From: a candidate division FCPU426 bacterium | GTDB lineage: Bacteria > Oederibacteriota > PGYV01 > Palsa-1178 | Direction of reading: 5' to 3' | Assembly (NCBI GenBank): GCA_963840035.1 | Contig: CAWIXE010000001.1 | Coordinates: 960,001-1,024,000 of the forward strand | DNA: 64,000 nt | In this document: piece after piece, positions 9,814 through 18,228 of the stretch | Numbering within the stretch: position 1 is the stretch's first letter | How the letters are laid out: each line of letters starts with the position of its first letter | The notes under the pieces: generated by a model | The model's input: only the letters and a program-made list of their open reading frames with translations | The model's database searches: none | What the model was told of the DNA's origin: nothing | Translations under genes and position numbers: made by a program

Positions 9814-10066
9814 ATGCGTGAGAAGGGAAGAAACAGGAAAGAGAAAAAGATTCTTATCAGGGTGAGCAAGGATGAGAAAGACCTTGCTGAGCAGCTTCTC
9901 CAGGAAAGAAGGGAAGAATACGTCGGAATTCTTCAGGTCAATGATTAACATGCATGCTGAAACCAAGACACTTGACAAGCACATGAAGATCATAGAAGAA
10001 TACGAAAGCACCCTTCAAAAATACAGGCAGCTGCTTGAAGAAATGGCTAAAAAAGGCCAGCAATAA
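9814..10066 (+). pseudogene. Ribbon-helix-helix (CopG/MobA-like) DNA-binding protein with a 1-nt frameshift at the A-run 9877-9880
   Basis: AGAGG RBS, MREKGRNRKEKKILIRVSKDEK then, in another frame, TLLSSFSRKEGKNTSEFFRSMI plus coiled coil. Confidence 0.6.
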
Positions 10067-10155
10067 CGAATAAGTCAAAAGTGATAAGAAATAAGCGGGC
10101 ATACGGGGGTAAGGCGCTTATTTCCGGTTACTTTTGACTTATTTCTTTTTATCTG

Positions 10156-10184
10156 TTGACTATTTTATTTGAACCATTTATTAT
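10156..10184 (+). promoter_or_regulatory. sigma70 promoter for tRNA-Ser(CGA)
   Basis: TTGACT-17-TATTAT. Confidence 0.7.
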
Positions 10185-10194
10185 GTAAAACCTG

Positions 10195-10368
10195 AGCAGG
10201 TCGAAGAGCCGAACAGCCGGGCTGTTGCCTGCGGCAACTATACATAAAGGATTTAAGCAGGTCGAACAGCCGAATAGCCGGGTTGTTGCCTGCGGCAACT
10301 ATACATAAAGGACTTAAGCAGGTCGAACAGCCGAGCAGCCGAACAATCGAGCTGTTGCCTGCGGCAAC
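10195..10368 (+). repeat. 61-bp tandem repeat x3 in tRNA-Ser leader
   Basis: AGCAGGTCGAA..GCCGAA..GCCGGG.TGTTGCCTGCGGCAAC units at 10195, 10256, 10317. Confidence 0.9.
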
Positions 10369-10370
10369 GC

Positions 10371-10458
10371 GGAGAGGTGTCAGAGTGGCCGATAGTACCT
10401 GACTCGAAATCAGGTGTCCCGCAAGGGACCGTGGGTTCAAATCCCACCCTCTCCGCCA
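10371..10458 (+). tRNA. tRNA-Ser(CGA)
   Basis: GGAGAGG..., CCTGA-CTCGAAA-TCAGG, variable arm GTCCCGCAAGGGAC, GGTTCAAATCC, GCCA. Confidence 0.95.
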
Positions 10459-10689
10459 AATTTTGCATGGGCAAAATTTGGCGAGAAAGGTGAGAGCAGA
10501 TAGGAGAAAGTAGAAAATCACTGTAAATCAAAACCCCTCGTAACGCACTTATATCCACAGTTTTTTCACCTATCTCCTATCTACTCTCTCGAGCACTTGA
10601 TCTACCCAAATCCCTATTTACACCTTATTTCCTTTATGTTATTATTATCCTTGTAAAACCATGTTTTTCACATCAGGAGGGCTACGTAT

Positions 10690-11328
10690 ATGGCAACGGA
10701 AAATGACATATTAAACCAATTCGGCCGTAAATACTCGGCAGGCGAATATATTTTTAAGGCCGGCGACCATGGCGAAGAAATGTTCATCATACACAGCGGC
10801 AGCATAAACATAACAGTAAAAACAGACGAGGGCGAGAAGGTGCTTGTAACTTTAAGCGCCGGAGATTTTTTCGGGGAAATGGCAGTCATAGACAAAGGCC
10901 CAAGGTCGGCTAACGCCGTGGCTGCGGATGAAGCGGTCTGCATAGTTTTAAATGAGGAACTTTTTGAACAGCAGATGCAGAGGAACGCCAAAATCGTAAA
11001 GAAGATTCTCAAGAACATGAGCGCCAGGCTGCGCGCCATGAATGAACAGCTTCAGATGCTTACATCCAAGGATTACAACATGAGGGTGGTAAATGTGCTG
11101 CTGCTGCATGTCAATAAGAGCGGTGAAAACACGTCGCTGCCGCTTTCATCCGTAATTCAGCAGACGAACATGGAAGAAAATAAGCCGAAGCTTGACGAGA
11201 TATTGACGGCCATGGCAAAGGCAAGGGTCATAACCATGTCGGGCGAGACTGTCACGGTCTCGAGCTCGGCGAACATAGAAAAGTACAAGCAGTACCTTGA
11301 AATGAAAAAAGCTTTCGGTGAAAGCTAA
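10690..11328 (+). CDS. Crp/Fnr-type cyclic nucleotide-binding protein
   Basis: IFKAGDHGEEMFIIHSG...GDFFGEMAVIDKGPRSANAVA phosphate-binding cassette. Confidence 0.88.
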   Translation: MATENDILNQFGRKYSAGEYIFKAGDHGEEMFIIHSGSINITVKTDEGEKVLVTLSAGDFFGEMAVIDKGPRSANAVAADEAVCIVLNEELFEQQMQRNAKIVKKILKNMSARLRAMNEQLQMLTSKDYNMRVVNVLLLHVNKSGENTSLPLSSVIQQTNMEENKPKLDEILTAMAKARVITMSGETVTVSSSANIEKYKQYLEMKKAFGES

Positions 11329-11334
11329 TATAAA

Positions 11335-13050
11335 GTGAAAAAAAGCCTTCACGTATTTTACATCCTGATTACATCCGCCATAATTGCGTCTTTTGTTGTT
11401 TTCTACGACCGCATCCATTCATACGGCTTCTCAAGCCTTCAGGATTCCGTGCCGGGAAAGATATCCATGGATAAGGTTGTTTTTCTGGACGGCTCATTTT
11501 CCATGGAGGAGTATTCGGCGATAGCGGACAGGATAAAAAAACTCGACAACTCGGTATCCCTTTTTGTATCCCAGGTCTTTAACATAAAGATAAACGACTA
11601 CCTGGAGAACATAGAGCCGGCAGCCATAGCCGCAGCCAAAGAAGGATACAGGAATTTTTCCATAAAACTTGCCGAGGCGCAGAATGTTATTCCCGTTGTT
11701 TTTTTATCCAGGACACAGGAAGCGCCGAACCAGGTGGATGCCTCTTCATTCAAATATTTCGACGCGTCATCGCTCCCGGACTTCAGCATGCCGGAATACG
11801 TATACGCGCGGGTCATGTCGAAAAAAATATGGGCCAGCGTCTCCGGCGTCGGGTTTTATGAGGAGTATCTGTATTACCCGTACAGGATACCCGTGCTTTT
11901 TAATTACAAAGGCGCGGTGCTTTTAAATGCGGCGGTTGAAGCGGTCAGGAAATACTACAAGCTTACAAAAAACAGGATATCAGTTGAAAATAGCATGCTT
12001 AAGATCGGCGATATCATAAGCGTGCCGCTTTTAAGCGACGGTTCCATCATGGTGCACAAGTTTAAAGGCAGGCCGCAGTCATATTCGTACGGCAAATTCC
12101 TTGACGCCGCTGACGCGGAATTAAACGACAAAATAATCATAGTAAGGTCCACCAACATATCAGGCCCGGCCACGCTGAGCCTGGGCGTTGCGGTGGCCAG
12201 CATCATGCAGGGCGCGTTCATAAAATACAGCGTAGCCGGCAATTACGCGGCGGCAGCGGCGCTTTTTCTTGTTTTCTTTTTCAGCTACAGGTCCCTGAAA
12301 TTCAGGTTTGGATTCCCGCTATTCCTGGCTTCCCTGGCCGGCCTGTATTTTGGTTCGGCAGCTTTAATGGCACAGAACATTTTTGCGGATTTTACTGTAT
12401 TTGTACTGGCCGACCTGCTGGCTTTCTTTTCATTTTACTATTATTCCATTCTCAGCCGTGCGGCTGACAGGAAAAAAAGGTCCCGGGAGCTGTTGAAGGT
12501 AATGCACCCCAAAGCGGTAAAGGCTTTTATAGCCAAGAACAGGGACATAAGGGTGAAGAACATCTGGGCGCCGGCATATGTCATATACGTCACATTTGAA
12601 GAGCCCGCGGCAATCGACCCGGAAAAGATCAAAATAACTTTTGAAAAAGTAAGGGACTTGATATATAATAAAACCAGGGAATTCATTATAAAGCGCCACA
12701 ATAACAGCGACCTCGCTGTCGTTATCTTTCAGGATTCGGCAGACCTTAAAAAAGCCGTGGGCGCGGCGCTCGATCTCAGGGACAAGATCACAGACCTTAA
12801 ATTTAACATGGCTTTTAATATATCGGACGTCTTTGTTTTCAGCCAGTCGGGTGAAACAGGCTTCATAGATAAGGAATACCCCAAGGCCGCAGCGGCCGGG
12901 GGAGTGGAAAAGAAAAAATATATTATAGTAAGCGAAGCCGACATACAGAAATTCGTGAACGTTGCGAAGTTCCAGAAAATATCCGAAAAATCCGGCGTGG
13001 TGCTTTTTAACATAGCAGGCATGCGGGAGGAGGCTGTAGATGAAAATTAA
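11335..13050 (+). CDS. Membrane protein with CHASE2-like sensor architecture and degenerate class III nucleotidyl cyclase-like C-terminus
   Basis: N-terminal TM, large periplasmic region, 3-4 TM, cytoplasmic domain; lies between cNMP-binding and PDE genes. Confidence 0.5.
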   Translation: MKKSLHVFYILITSAIIASFVVFYDRIHSYGFSSLQDSVPGKISMDKVVFLDGSFSMEEYSAIADRIKKLDNSVSLFVSQVFNIKINDYLENIEPAAIAAAKEGYRNFSIKLAEAQNVIPVVFLSRTQEAPNQVDASSFKYFDASSLPDFSMPEYVYARVMSKKIWASVSGVGFYEEYLYYPYRIPVLFNYKGAVLLNAAVEAVRKYYKLTKNRISVENSMLKIGDIISVPLLSDGSIMVHKFKGRPQSYSYGKFLDAADAELNDKIIIVRSTNISGPATLSLGVAVASIMQGAFIKYSVAGNYAAAAALFLVFFFSYRSLKFRFGFPLFLASLAGLYFGSAALMAQNIFADFTVFVLADLLAFFSFYYYSILSRAADRKKRSRELLKVMHPKAVKAFIAKNRDIRVKNIWAPAYVIYVTFEEPAAIDPEKIKITFEKVRDLIYNKTREFIIKRHNNSDLAVVIFQDSADLKKAVGAALDLRDKITDLKFNMAFNISDVFVFSQSGETGFIDKEYPKAAAAGGVEKKKYIIVSEADIQKFVNVAKFQKISEKSGVVLFNIAGMREEAVDEN

Positions 13051-13810
13051 GACCTTAGGGTGTTATGGCGGCCAGCTGCCCGGAAAAAACCTGACCGGAT
13101 TACTGCTAAATGGAGACACTCTTATAGACGCGGGAACCGTTGCGCTGAATTCCACGATCGCTGAGCAGCGCAAGATCAGGAATGTCTTCATTTCGCACGC
13201 GCACCTTGACCATACCGGTTCGCTGCCGTTTTTTGCGGTGAATATAGTGAGTAATAAGAGCGACGGGGTTGTCATCACGTCCACCGAGTTCACAATTAAC
13301 GCGATAAAAAACCACCTCATGAACGGCACCACATGGCCTGATTTTACAAAGATAAACAATTTCGGGGGAAAACCGGTGTTTAAATATAACCCGATTGAGG
13401 AAAATAAATGGCAGGACGCCGGCGGGTATAAACTAATGGCTGTGCCTGTAAACCATACTGTGCCTTGCACCGGATTCCTGATAGGCAGGGGCTCGCAGTA
13501 CATGCTTTACAGCGGAGACACAAAGGACACCGACGCCATATGGGCGGAAGGCAAAAAGCTCGGGAAGAAACTAAAGTCGTGCTTCATAGAGCTGGCCTTT
13601 CCCGATGAGGTTGCCTTCCTGGCGGAATCAAGCTGCCACCTGACCCCAAAGTCACTTGAAAAACAGCTTGAGAAACTCCTGCCGCTGAAGCCCAAAATAT
13701 TCGTTTACCATTTAAAACCCGAATACATGAAGGAAATCAAAGCCGGACTGAAAAAAATAAAGGGATATAAGATAACCGTGCTCGATGATGGAAAGACATA
13801 TAAAATATAA
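13040..13810 (+). CDS. Class II 3',5'-cyclic nucleotide phosphodiesterase (MBL fold)
   Basis: LGCYGG, LIDAGT, SHAHLDH, VNHTVPC, YSGDT, HLTP, YHLKP. Confidence 0.88.
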   Translation: MKIKTLGCYGGQLPGKNLTGLLLNGDTLIDAGTVALNSTIAEQRKIRNVFISHAHLDHTGSLPFFAVNIVSNKSDGVVITSTEFTINAIKNHLMNGTTWPDFTKINNFGGKPVFKYNPIEENKWQDAGGYKLMAVPVNHTVPCTGFLIGRGSQYMLYSGDTKDTDAIWAEGKKLGKKLKSCFIELAFPDEVAFLAESSCHLTPKSLEKQLEKLLPLKPKIFVYHLKPEYMKEIKAGLKKIKGYKITVLDDGKTYKI

Positions 13811-13845
13811 TAAGCCTGTTTTTTATACCGGGCCTGACAGGGCGC

Positions 13846-14295
13846 ATGATAATATATCGTAACGCGAAAAAATCAGACATACCCCGCATCGTTGACATAG
13901 ACAGAGTATCCCATCCAAAACCGTGGGATGAAAAAGCTTTTCTCTGCGAGCTTTCAAAGCAGGCTTCGGGATATAATATCTTCCTGGTGGCGGAGGACGG
14001 CGAAAGCGGGGAAACCGCGGGATATATAACCGGCAACATAATAGTGGATTACGCGCATATAATAAATGTGACGGTAAATGAAAAGTACAGGCGCAAAGGC
14101 ATAGGGGAACAGCTGGTAATGAGGGTGGAACAGGAAGCCTTTAAAAGGAAGCTTGGCTCCGTAACCCTGGAGGTCAGGGAGTCAAATACCGGGGCCATAA
14201 ATCTTTATAAAAAGCGCGGATATATGGAAAAAGCCAGGCGGGAAAAGGCTTATGACAATAAGGAAGACGAGATAATATACTGGAAAATGTTCTAA
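13846..14295 (+). CDS. rimI: Ribosomal protein S18 alanine N-acetyltransferase
   Basis: PW, YRRKGIGEQL, LEVRESNTGAINLYKK, DNKED. Confidence 0.85.
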   Translation: MIIYRNAKKSDIPRIVDIDRVSHPKPWDEKAFLCELSKQASGYNIFLVAEDGESGETAGYITGNIIVDYAHIINVTVNEKYRRKGIGEQLVMRVEQEAFKRKLGSVTLEVRESNTGAINLYKKRGYMEKARREKAYDNKEDEIIYWKMF

Positions 14296-14319
14296 AAATA
14301 AGTAAAAACCGGGGTTTAT

Positions 14320-14381
14320 CCCCACCCTAACCCTCTACCCCGCAAGGGGGTACTAGAAATAGCCCTTAGAAAGGGGAGGGA
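14320..14381. repeat. CCCTCTCC-type palindromic repeat (degenerate)
   Basis: ccccaccctaaccctctacccc...ggggaggga. Confidence 0.55.
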
Positions 14382-14389
14382 AAATGTAG

Positions 14390-14416
14390 GTAAACCTTTT
14401 ATTGATAAGATACGTC
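14390..14416 (+). promoter_or_regulatory. ECF sigma promoter (autoregulatory)
   Basis: GTAAAC-N17-CGTC directly upstream of the ECF sigma gene; same motif at 29867 and 35225. Confidence 0.75.
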
Positions 14417-14438
14417 ATATATATAAGGAAGAAGGCAA

Positions 14439-15026
14439 ATGGAGCATACAGAGATAAAGTACAGGGAAGACAGCGAAATAATAAAAGAGATAAAGGCAGG
14501 CAGCGAGGCTGCGGCCGATGAGCTCATTAAAAAATACCAGAAAAGGGTTTATAATACCCTCTACGGGATGTGTATGAACTATGACACTGCCTGGGATGTA
14601 TCACAGGAGGCTTTTATAAAGGCTATCGTTAATATAAAGTCCTTCCGCGGGGAGTCGTCGTTTTGGACCTTTCTTTACAGGGTCACAATGAACGCTTTTT
14701 ATGACTTTACCAGGAAGGCAAAGGTAAGGGGCCGCGTAGGCAACTTCTCGGACTATGAGGATGACGACGGCGGCAGAAAATTCGAAGTAAGGGATCTTGT
14801 TAATATAGAAGAGGATTTTGAAAAGAAAGATATGAAGGAAAAACTGAAAAAAGCCCTTGAGATTTTAACCGAGGTACAGAAGGAAGTATTTGTGTTAAAG
14901 ACCACGGAAGGGTTAAAGATACGCGAGATTGCCCAGCTTTTAAGGATATCCGAGGGCACGGTAAAGTCGCACTTAAACAGGGCGACTGAAAAAGTAAAAA
15001 ACCTGTTGGGAGGCGTTGCGTCATGA
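14439..15026 (+). CDS. ECF RNA polymerase sigma factor
   Basis: AWDVSQEAFIKA, FRGESSFWTFLYRVTMN, EIAQLLRISEGTVKSHLNRA. Confidence 0.93.
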   Translation: MEHTEIKYREDSEIIKEIKAGSEAAADELIKKYQKRVYNTLYGMCMNYDTAWDVSQEAFIKAIVNIKSFRGESSFWTFLYRVTMNAFYDFTRKAKVRGRVGNFSDYEDDDGGRKFEVRDLVNIEEDFEKKDMKEKLKKALEILTEVQKEVFVLKTTEGLKIREIAQLLRISEGTVKSHLNRATEKVKNLLGGVAS

Positions 15027-15481
15027 AAAAATGCGGAGTAGATAACAGCCTCCTTGCCGATTACATATACGGCGAGATTGAGGACGCTTCAAAAGTTAAA
15101 GAGCTGGAAGGCCATATAAAAGGCTGCGCCGAGTGCGCTAAAGAAACGGACGCGCTGCGCGCCGTGCTTAAGGCCTCTAAACTGTCCCGGGTCAACTTTT
15201 CCGAGGAAGTATGGTCCATGCAGAGGCAGGATATCCTAAGGAAAGTAAGGCAGTCAAAGCCGACGCCTGTTTCTTTTATGAAGGCTTTCTTTGGATTGTT
15301 CAGTTTTAAAAAACTCGGTCTTGCCGTGCTTATAGTGGTAATGGCGGGTGTCGGGACACAGTACTTCAGGTATGTAAAATCCGTGGAGCAGCAAAAAGCC
15401 ATAGCGGAAAAGATGGAACTTTTGCAGAACCTGGCGATTATCGAGCGGCTTGATTTCTACGAGAAGATAAGCGGGTTATAA
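15023..15481 (+). CDS. Zinc-finger (zf-HC2) anti-sigma factor
   Basis: HIKGCAEC motif, single TM, overlaps sigma stop (ATGA). Confidence 0.85.
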   Translation: MKKCGVDNSLLADYIYGEIEDASKVKELEGHIKGCAECAKETDALRAVLKASKLSRVNFSEEVWSMQRQDILRKVRQSKPTPVSFMKAFFGLFSFKKLGLAVLIVVMAGVGTQYFRYVKSVEQQKAIAEKMELLQNLAIIERLDFYEKISGL

Positions 15482-15542
15482 GGCAATTTAAAATTTAAAG
15501 CTTGAAACTGAAAGTTGTGAAATAATTATAAGTGAGGTAAAA

Positions 15543-15968
15543 ATGAAAAAAGTATTTATGCTGGTGTTGGCCGTGATGTTTGCGGTTGTGGTTGTGGCGG
15601 CGGATAAGGCTTCGGGTACTACGGCGGGCAAGAAATGGGATTCCATGACTGAAGAGGAAAAGGCGCAGGTCAGGGAGATATATTCCAAGTCAAACGAGGT
15701 AACAGGCACTGTTGAGGCTTATTTTGACAGCGGTAACGCGAAGTTCGACCAGCTTTCCCAGGATGAAAAAAAGAAAATGGAAAAGGCTTATGGCGAGTGG
15801 GAAAAACTCTCCCCCCAGATGAAAAAGACCCTGGCTGAGAAGTATAAGAAGTGGAAAGAACTTTCCCCGGAACAGAAGAAAAAGATTAAGGAAGCATATG
15901 AGAAATATAAGACCATGACTGCGGATGAAAAGGCGAAATTAAGGGAAGAAGTGAAGGAGAAAAAGTAA
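15543..15968 (+). CDS. DUF3106-like periplasmic helical repeat protein
   Basis: Signal peptide; repeats WDSMTEEEK, FDQLSQDEK, WEKLSPQMK, WKELSPEQK. Confidence 0.75.
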   Translation: MKKVFMLVLAVMFAVVVVAADKASGTTAGKKWDSMTEEEKAQVREIYSKSNEVTGTVEAYFDSGNAKFDQLSQDEKKKMEKAYGEWEKLSPQMKKTLAEKYKKWKELSPEQKKKIKEAYEKYKTMTADEKAKLREEVKEKK

Positions 15969-16003
15969 TTTTCAATTCTAAATTTTCAATTTTCAATTAA
16001 ATA

Positions 16004-16035
16004 AAAGGGCGGCCGAAAGGCCGCCTTTGTTTTTT
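16004..16035 (+). terminator. Rho-independent terminator
   Basis: GGCGGCC-GAAA-GGCCGCC followed by T tract. Confidence 0.85.
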
Positions 16036-16060
16036 CGGTTATTGAAGATTTGCTTTTTTA

Positions 16061-16095
16061 TCCCTCTCCCTCCGGGAGAGGGTAGGGTGAGGGGA
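16061..16095. repeat. CCCTCTCCC-GGGAGAGGG-TAGGGTGAGGGG palindromic repeat
   Basis: Near-identical copy at 42916. Confidence 0.8.
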
Positions 16096-16197
16096 CAATA
16101 CCGTAAAATGGGATCAAAACCCAAAACCCACAATTCAGAATGCAAAATCCTTAATTCTGTGATAAAATCTTTCATTATAATAATGAGAGGGAGATGT

Positions 16198-18228
16198 ATG
16201 CAAAAAGCTGCTTTATACCTTCAAAAAGCCTTTGAAACGCTCATGCTTTTTACCCTTTTCTTCTGCGGGCTGGTGTTTTTTACCGGGGCTAACGACCCTT
16301 TCTGGGTCACTGAGAAATTTTTCATCTATTTTTCGACCGGACTGCTGTTTTTCGCTTTTTTTGCCCTTTGCATAGCCAGGGGTTCTTTTCCTTTCTTTAA
16401 AACTCCTTTTGACATGCCTTTTGCCCTGTTCCTGGCGGCAAACTTAATCGGCGTTATCGGCGTCATGAATATATACTCATTCGGGGCAAGGGTTTTTATT
16501 AATCTGTGTTACCTGGTTATTTTTTATCTTGTTGTGTATTACGGGACTCTTGCAAAAGAAAATATAAAAAAGGCCATGCTGGCAGTCATACTTGCCGGGT
16601 CTGTGATGGCTTTTTACGGGCTTATGCAGACCTCGGGCATGGACTTCATATCCTGGGGAAATACTTTCGCGGGCAGGGCGGCTTCCACGCTGGGCAACCC
16701 TAATTTCTTAGCCGGGCACGTGCTCCTTTTATCGCCGCTGGCGCTTGCCCTCTTTTTATCGTCTAAAAAACCGCTTGTTAAAACAGGCCTGTTTTTTGCC
16801 GCTGCAATAATGATAATCGCCCTTTTTGCCACCCAGACAAGGGGCGCTTACATCGGGTTCGTTGTGGCCGTCATAACGCTTGTATGGCTCTTCGTTTCAT
16901 TTGAAAAAGAAACCATAATAAAATACAAAAAGGCGGCAATAGCTGCGGCGGTCATACTGTTAGTCATATCGGGGCTTTATTTTATTTCAAATCCGCAGGC
17001 CATAAAAAGGGCAGGGGATATCCTGGCGCTGAAGGATGAGGCCGCGAACATCAGGGTGGCGTTGTGGAAAAACTCGCTTTACCTCATCAAGGACCATTTT
17101 GTAAAAGGATCCGGTGCGGGTAATTTCCCCGGGCTTTATTCTTTCTACCAGGCAAAGTCGCTTTCCCCGGAATATTTCAGGGACAGTTCATACTATAAGT
17201 CGGGACACGCGCATAATGATTTTATACAGTTCGCGGCAGAGTACGGCGTCATAGGCCTTGGCGCCATGCTGTGGTTCTTTATCCTGCTTTTTGATACGGC
17301 CCTGAAGTACCTGAAAAAACAGGAAGGCGACAGGGCCGCGGTGATCGGCATAATGGCCGGTTCGGCTGGCCTTCTGACGCATGCTTTTTTTAATTTCCCT
17401 TTCCAGATAGCCCCGACAGCCGCGGTATTCTTCGCGCTTGCCGCCGCTGCTGTTTCCGCGGAAGGCATGCCGGTGGAAACAGCCCCTAAGAAACGGATGA
17501 AATACATTTATGCATTCCTTGCCATTATCTTTGTCGCGGGATTTATTTTATCAGGCAGAGCCTTAAGCGCCGACGCTTACTTAAGGAAGGCGAAAGAAAG
17601 CGCCCACTTCGGAAGAACATACGAAACGGTCAATTACGCTTCAGAGGCCGCGGATTTAAACCCCTGGGACGACGAGCTTGTTTTCTATTACTCCCAGGCG
17701 CTTGTAAATAATAACAACCCTGAAAAGGCATTTGAAATGTCGAAGAAGGTATTTATGCTAAATCCCGGCCACTGGGAAAACCTCGAATACCTATTCTCGC
17801 AGTACACCGCAAAAAATGACAACAAAAACGTGCTTGATGTTTCATTTAACATGTACAGGATCTCACCGTACTCTGATAAGGCCATTATGGCCCGCGGTTA
17901 CGCGCTGTATCTGACAGCCGGCTATGACGAGGCTGTCGCGCTGTATGAAAAGGCTATGAAAATAAAGGGTGAGACAGCTTCGCTTTTAAGCCAGATATCG
18001 GCCATATACGGCGCAATGGGAAATGTATCCAGGACGCTTGAGTACGCGGCCAGGGCGCTGGAAAAGGACCCTGAATTCGCGGACGCTTATTACAACCAGG
18101 CGGTTGCGTATTACAGGATGAGGGACTATAAGTCCGCGGCAAAATCCTTAAGGTCGCTGCTGAAAATTTTGCCCGGCGATAAAAGGGCCGAAGGATTCCT
18201 GCAAAAGGTGCTTGAAGATGCAAAATAA
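16198..18228 (+). CDS. O-antigen ligase (Wzy_C/PglL-like) family protein with C-terminal TPR
   Basis: STLGNPNFLAG, TQTRGAYIG, RVALW, GSGAGNF, HAHNDFIQFAAEYG; ATG after GAGGGAG. Confidence 0.85.
   Translation: MQKAALYLQKAFETLMLFTLFFCGLVFFTGANDPFWVTEKFFIYFSTGLLFFAFFALCIARGSFPFFKTPFDMPFALFLAANLIGVIGVMNIYSFGARVFINLCYLVIFYLVVYYGTLAKENIKKAMLAVILAGSVMAFYGLMQTSGMDFISWGNTFAGRAASTLGNPNFLAGHVLLLSPLALALFLSSKKPLVKTGLFFAAAIMIIALFATQTRGAYIGFVVAVITLVWLFVSFEKETIIKYKKAAIAAAVILLVISGLYFISNPQAIKRAGDILALKDEAANIRVALWKNSLYLIKDHFVKGSGAGNFPGLYSFYQAKSLSPEYFRDSSYYKSGHAHNDFIQFAAEYGVIGLGAMLWFFILLFDTALKYLKKQEGDRAAVIGIMAGSAGLLTHAFFNFPFQIAPTAAVFFALAAAAVSAEGMPVETAPKKRMKYIYAFLAIIFVAGFILSGRALSADAYLRKAKESAHFGRTYETVNYASEAADLNPWDDELVFYYSQALVNNNNPEKAFEMSKKVFMLNPGHWENLEYLFSQYTAKNDNKNVLDVSFNMYRISPYSDKAIMARGYALYLTAGYDEAVALYEKAMKIKGETASLLSQISAIYGAMGNVSRTLEYAARALEKDPEFADAYYNQAVAYYRMRDYKSAAKSLRSLLKILPGDKRAEGFLQKVLEDAK

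Noticed and set aside
10195..10368. Possible CRISPR array (hairpin repeat, 61-bp period)
   Set aside because: Intervening sequences are near-identical rather than unique spacers; no cas genes in the window
10165..10558. Minus-strand ORFs of 101-118 aa
   Set aside because: Antisense to tRNA-Ser and tandem repeats
10549..10560. DnaA-box-like ATATCCACA
   Set aside because: Single imperfect box with no cluster or origin genes nearby
16027..16197. N-terminal extension of the O-antigen ligase ORF
   Set aside because: Runs through a terminator and palindromic repeat; better RBS/ATG at 16198
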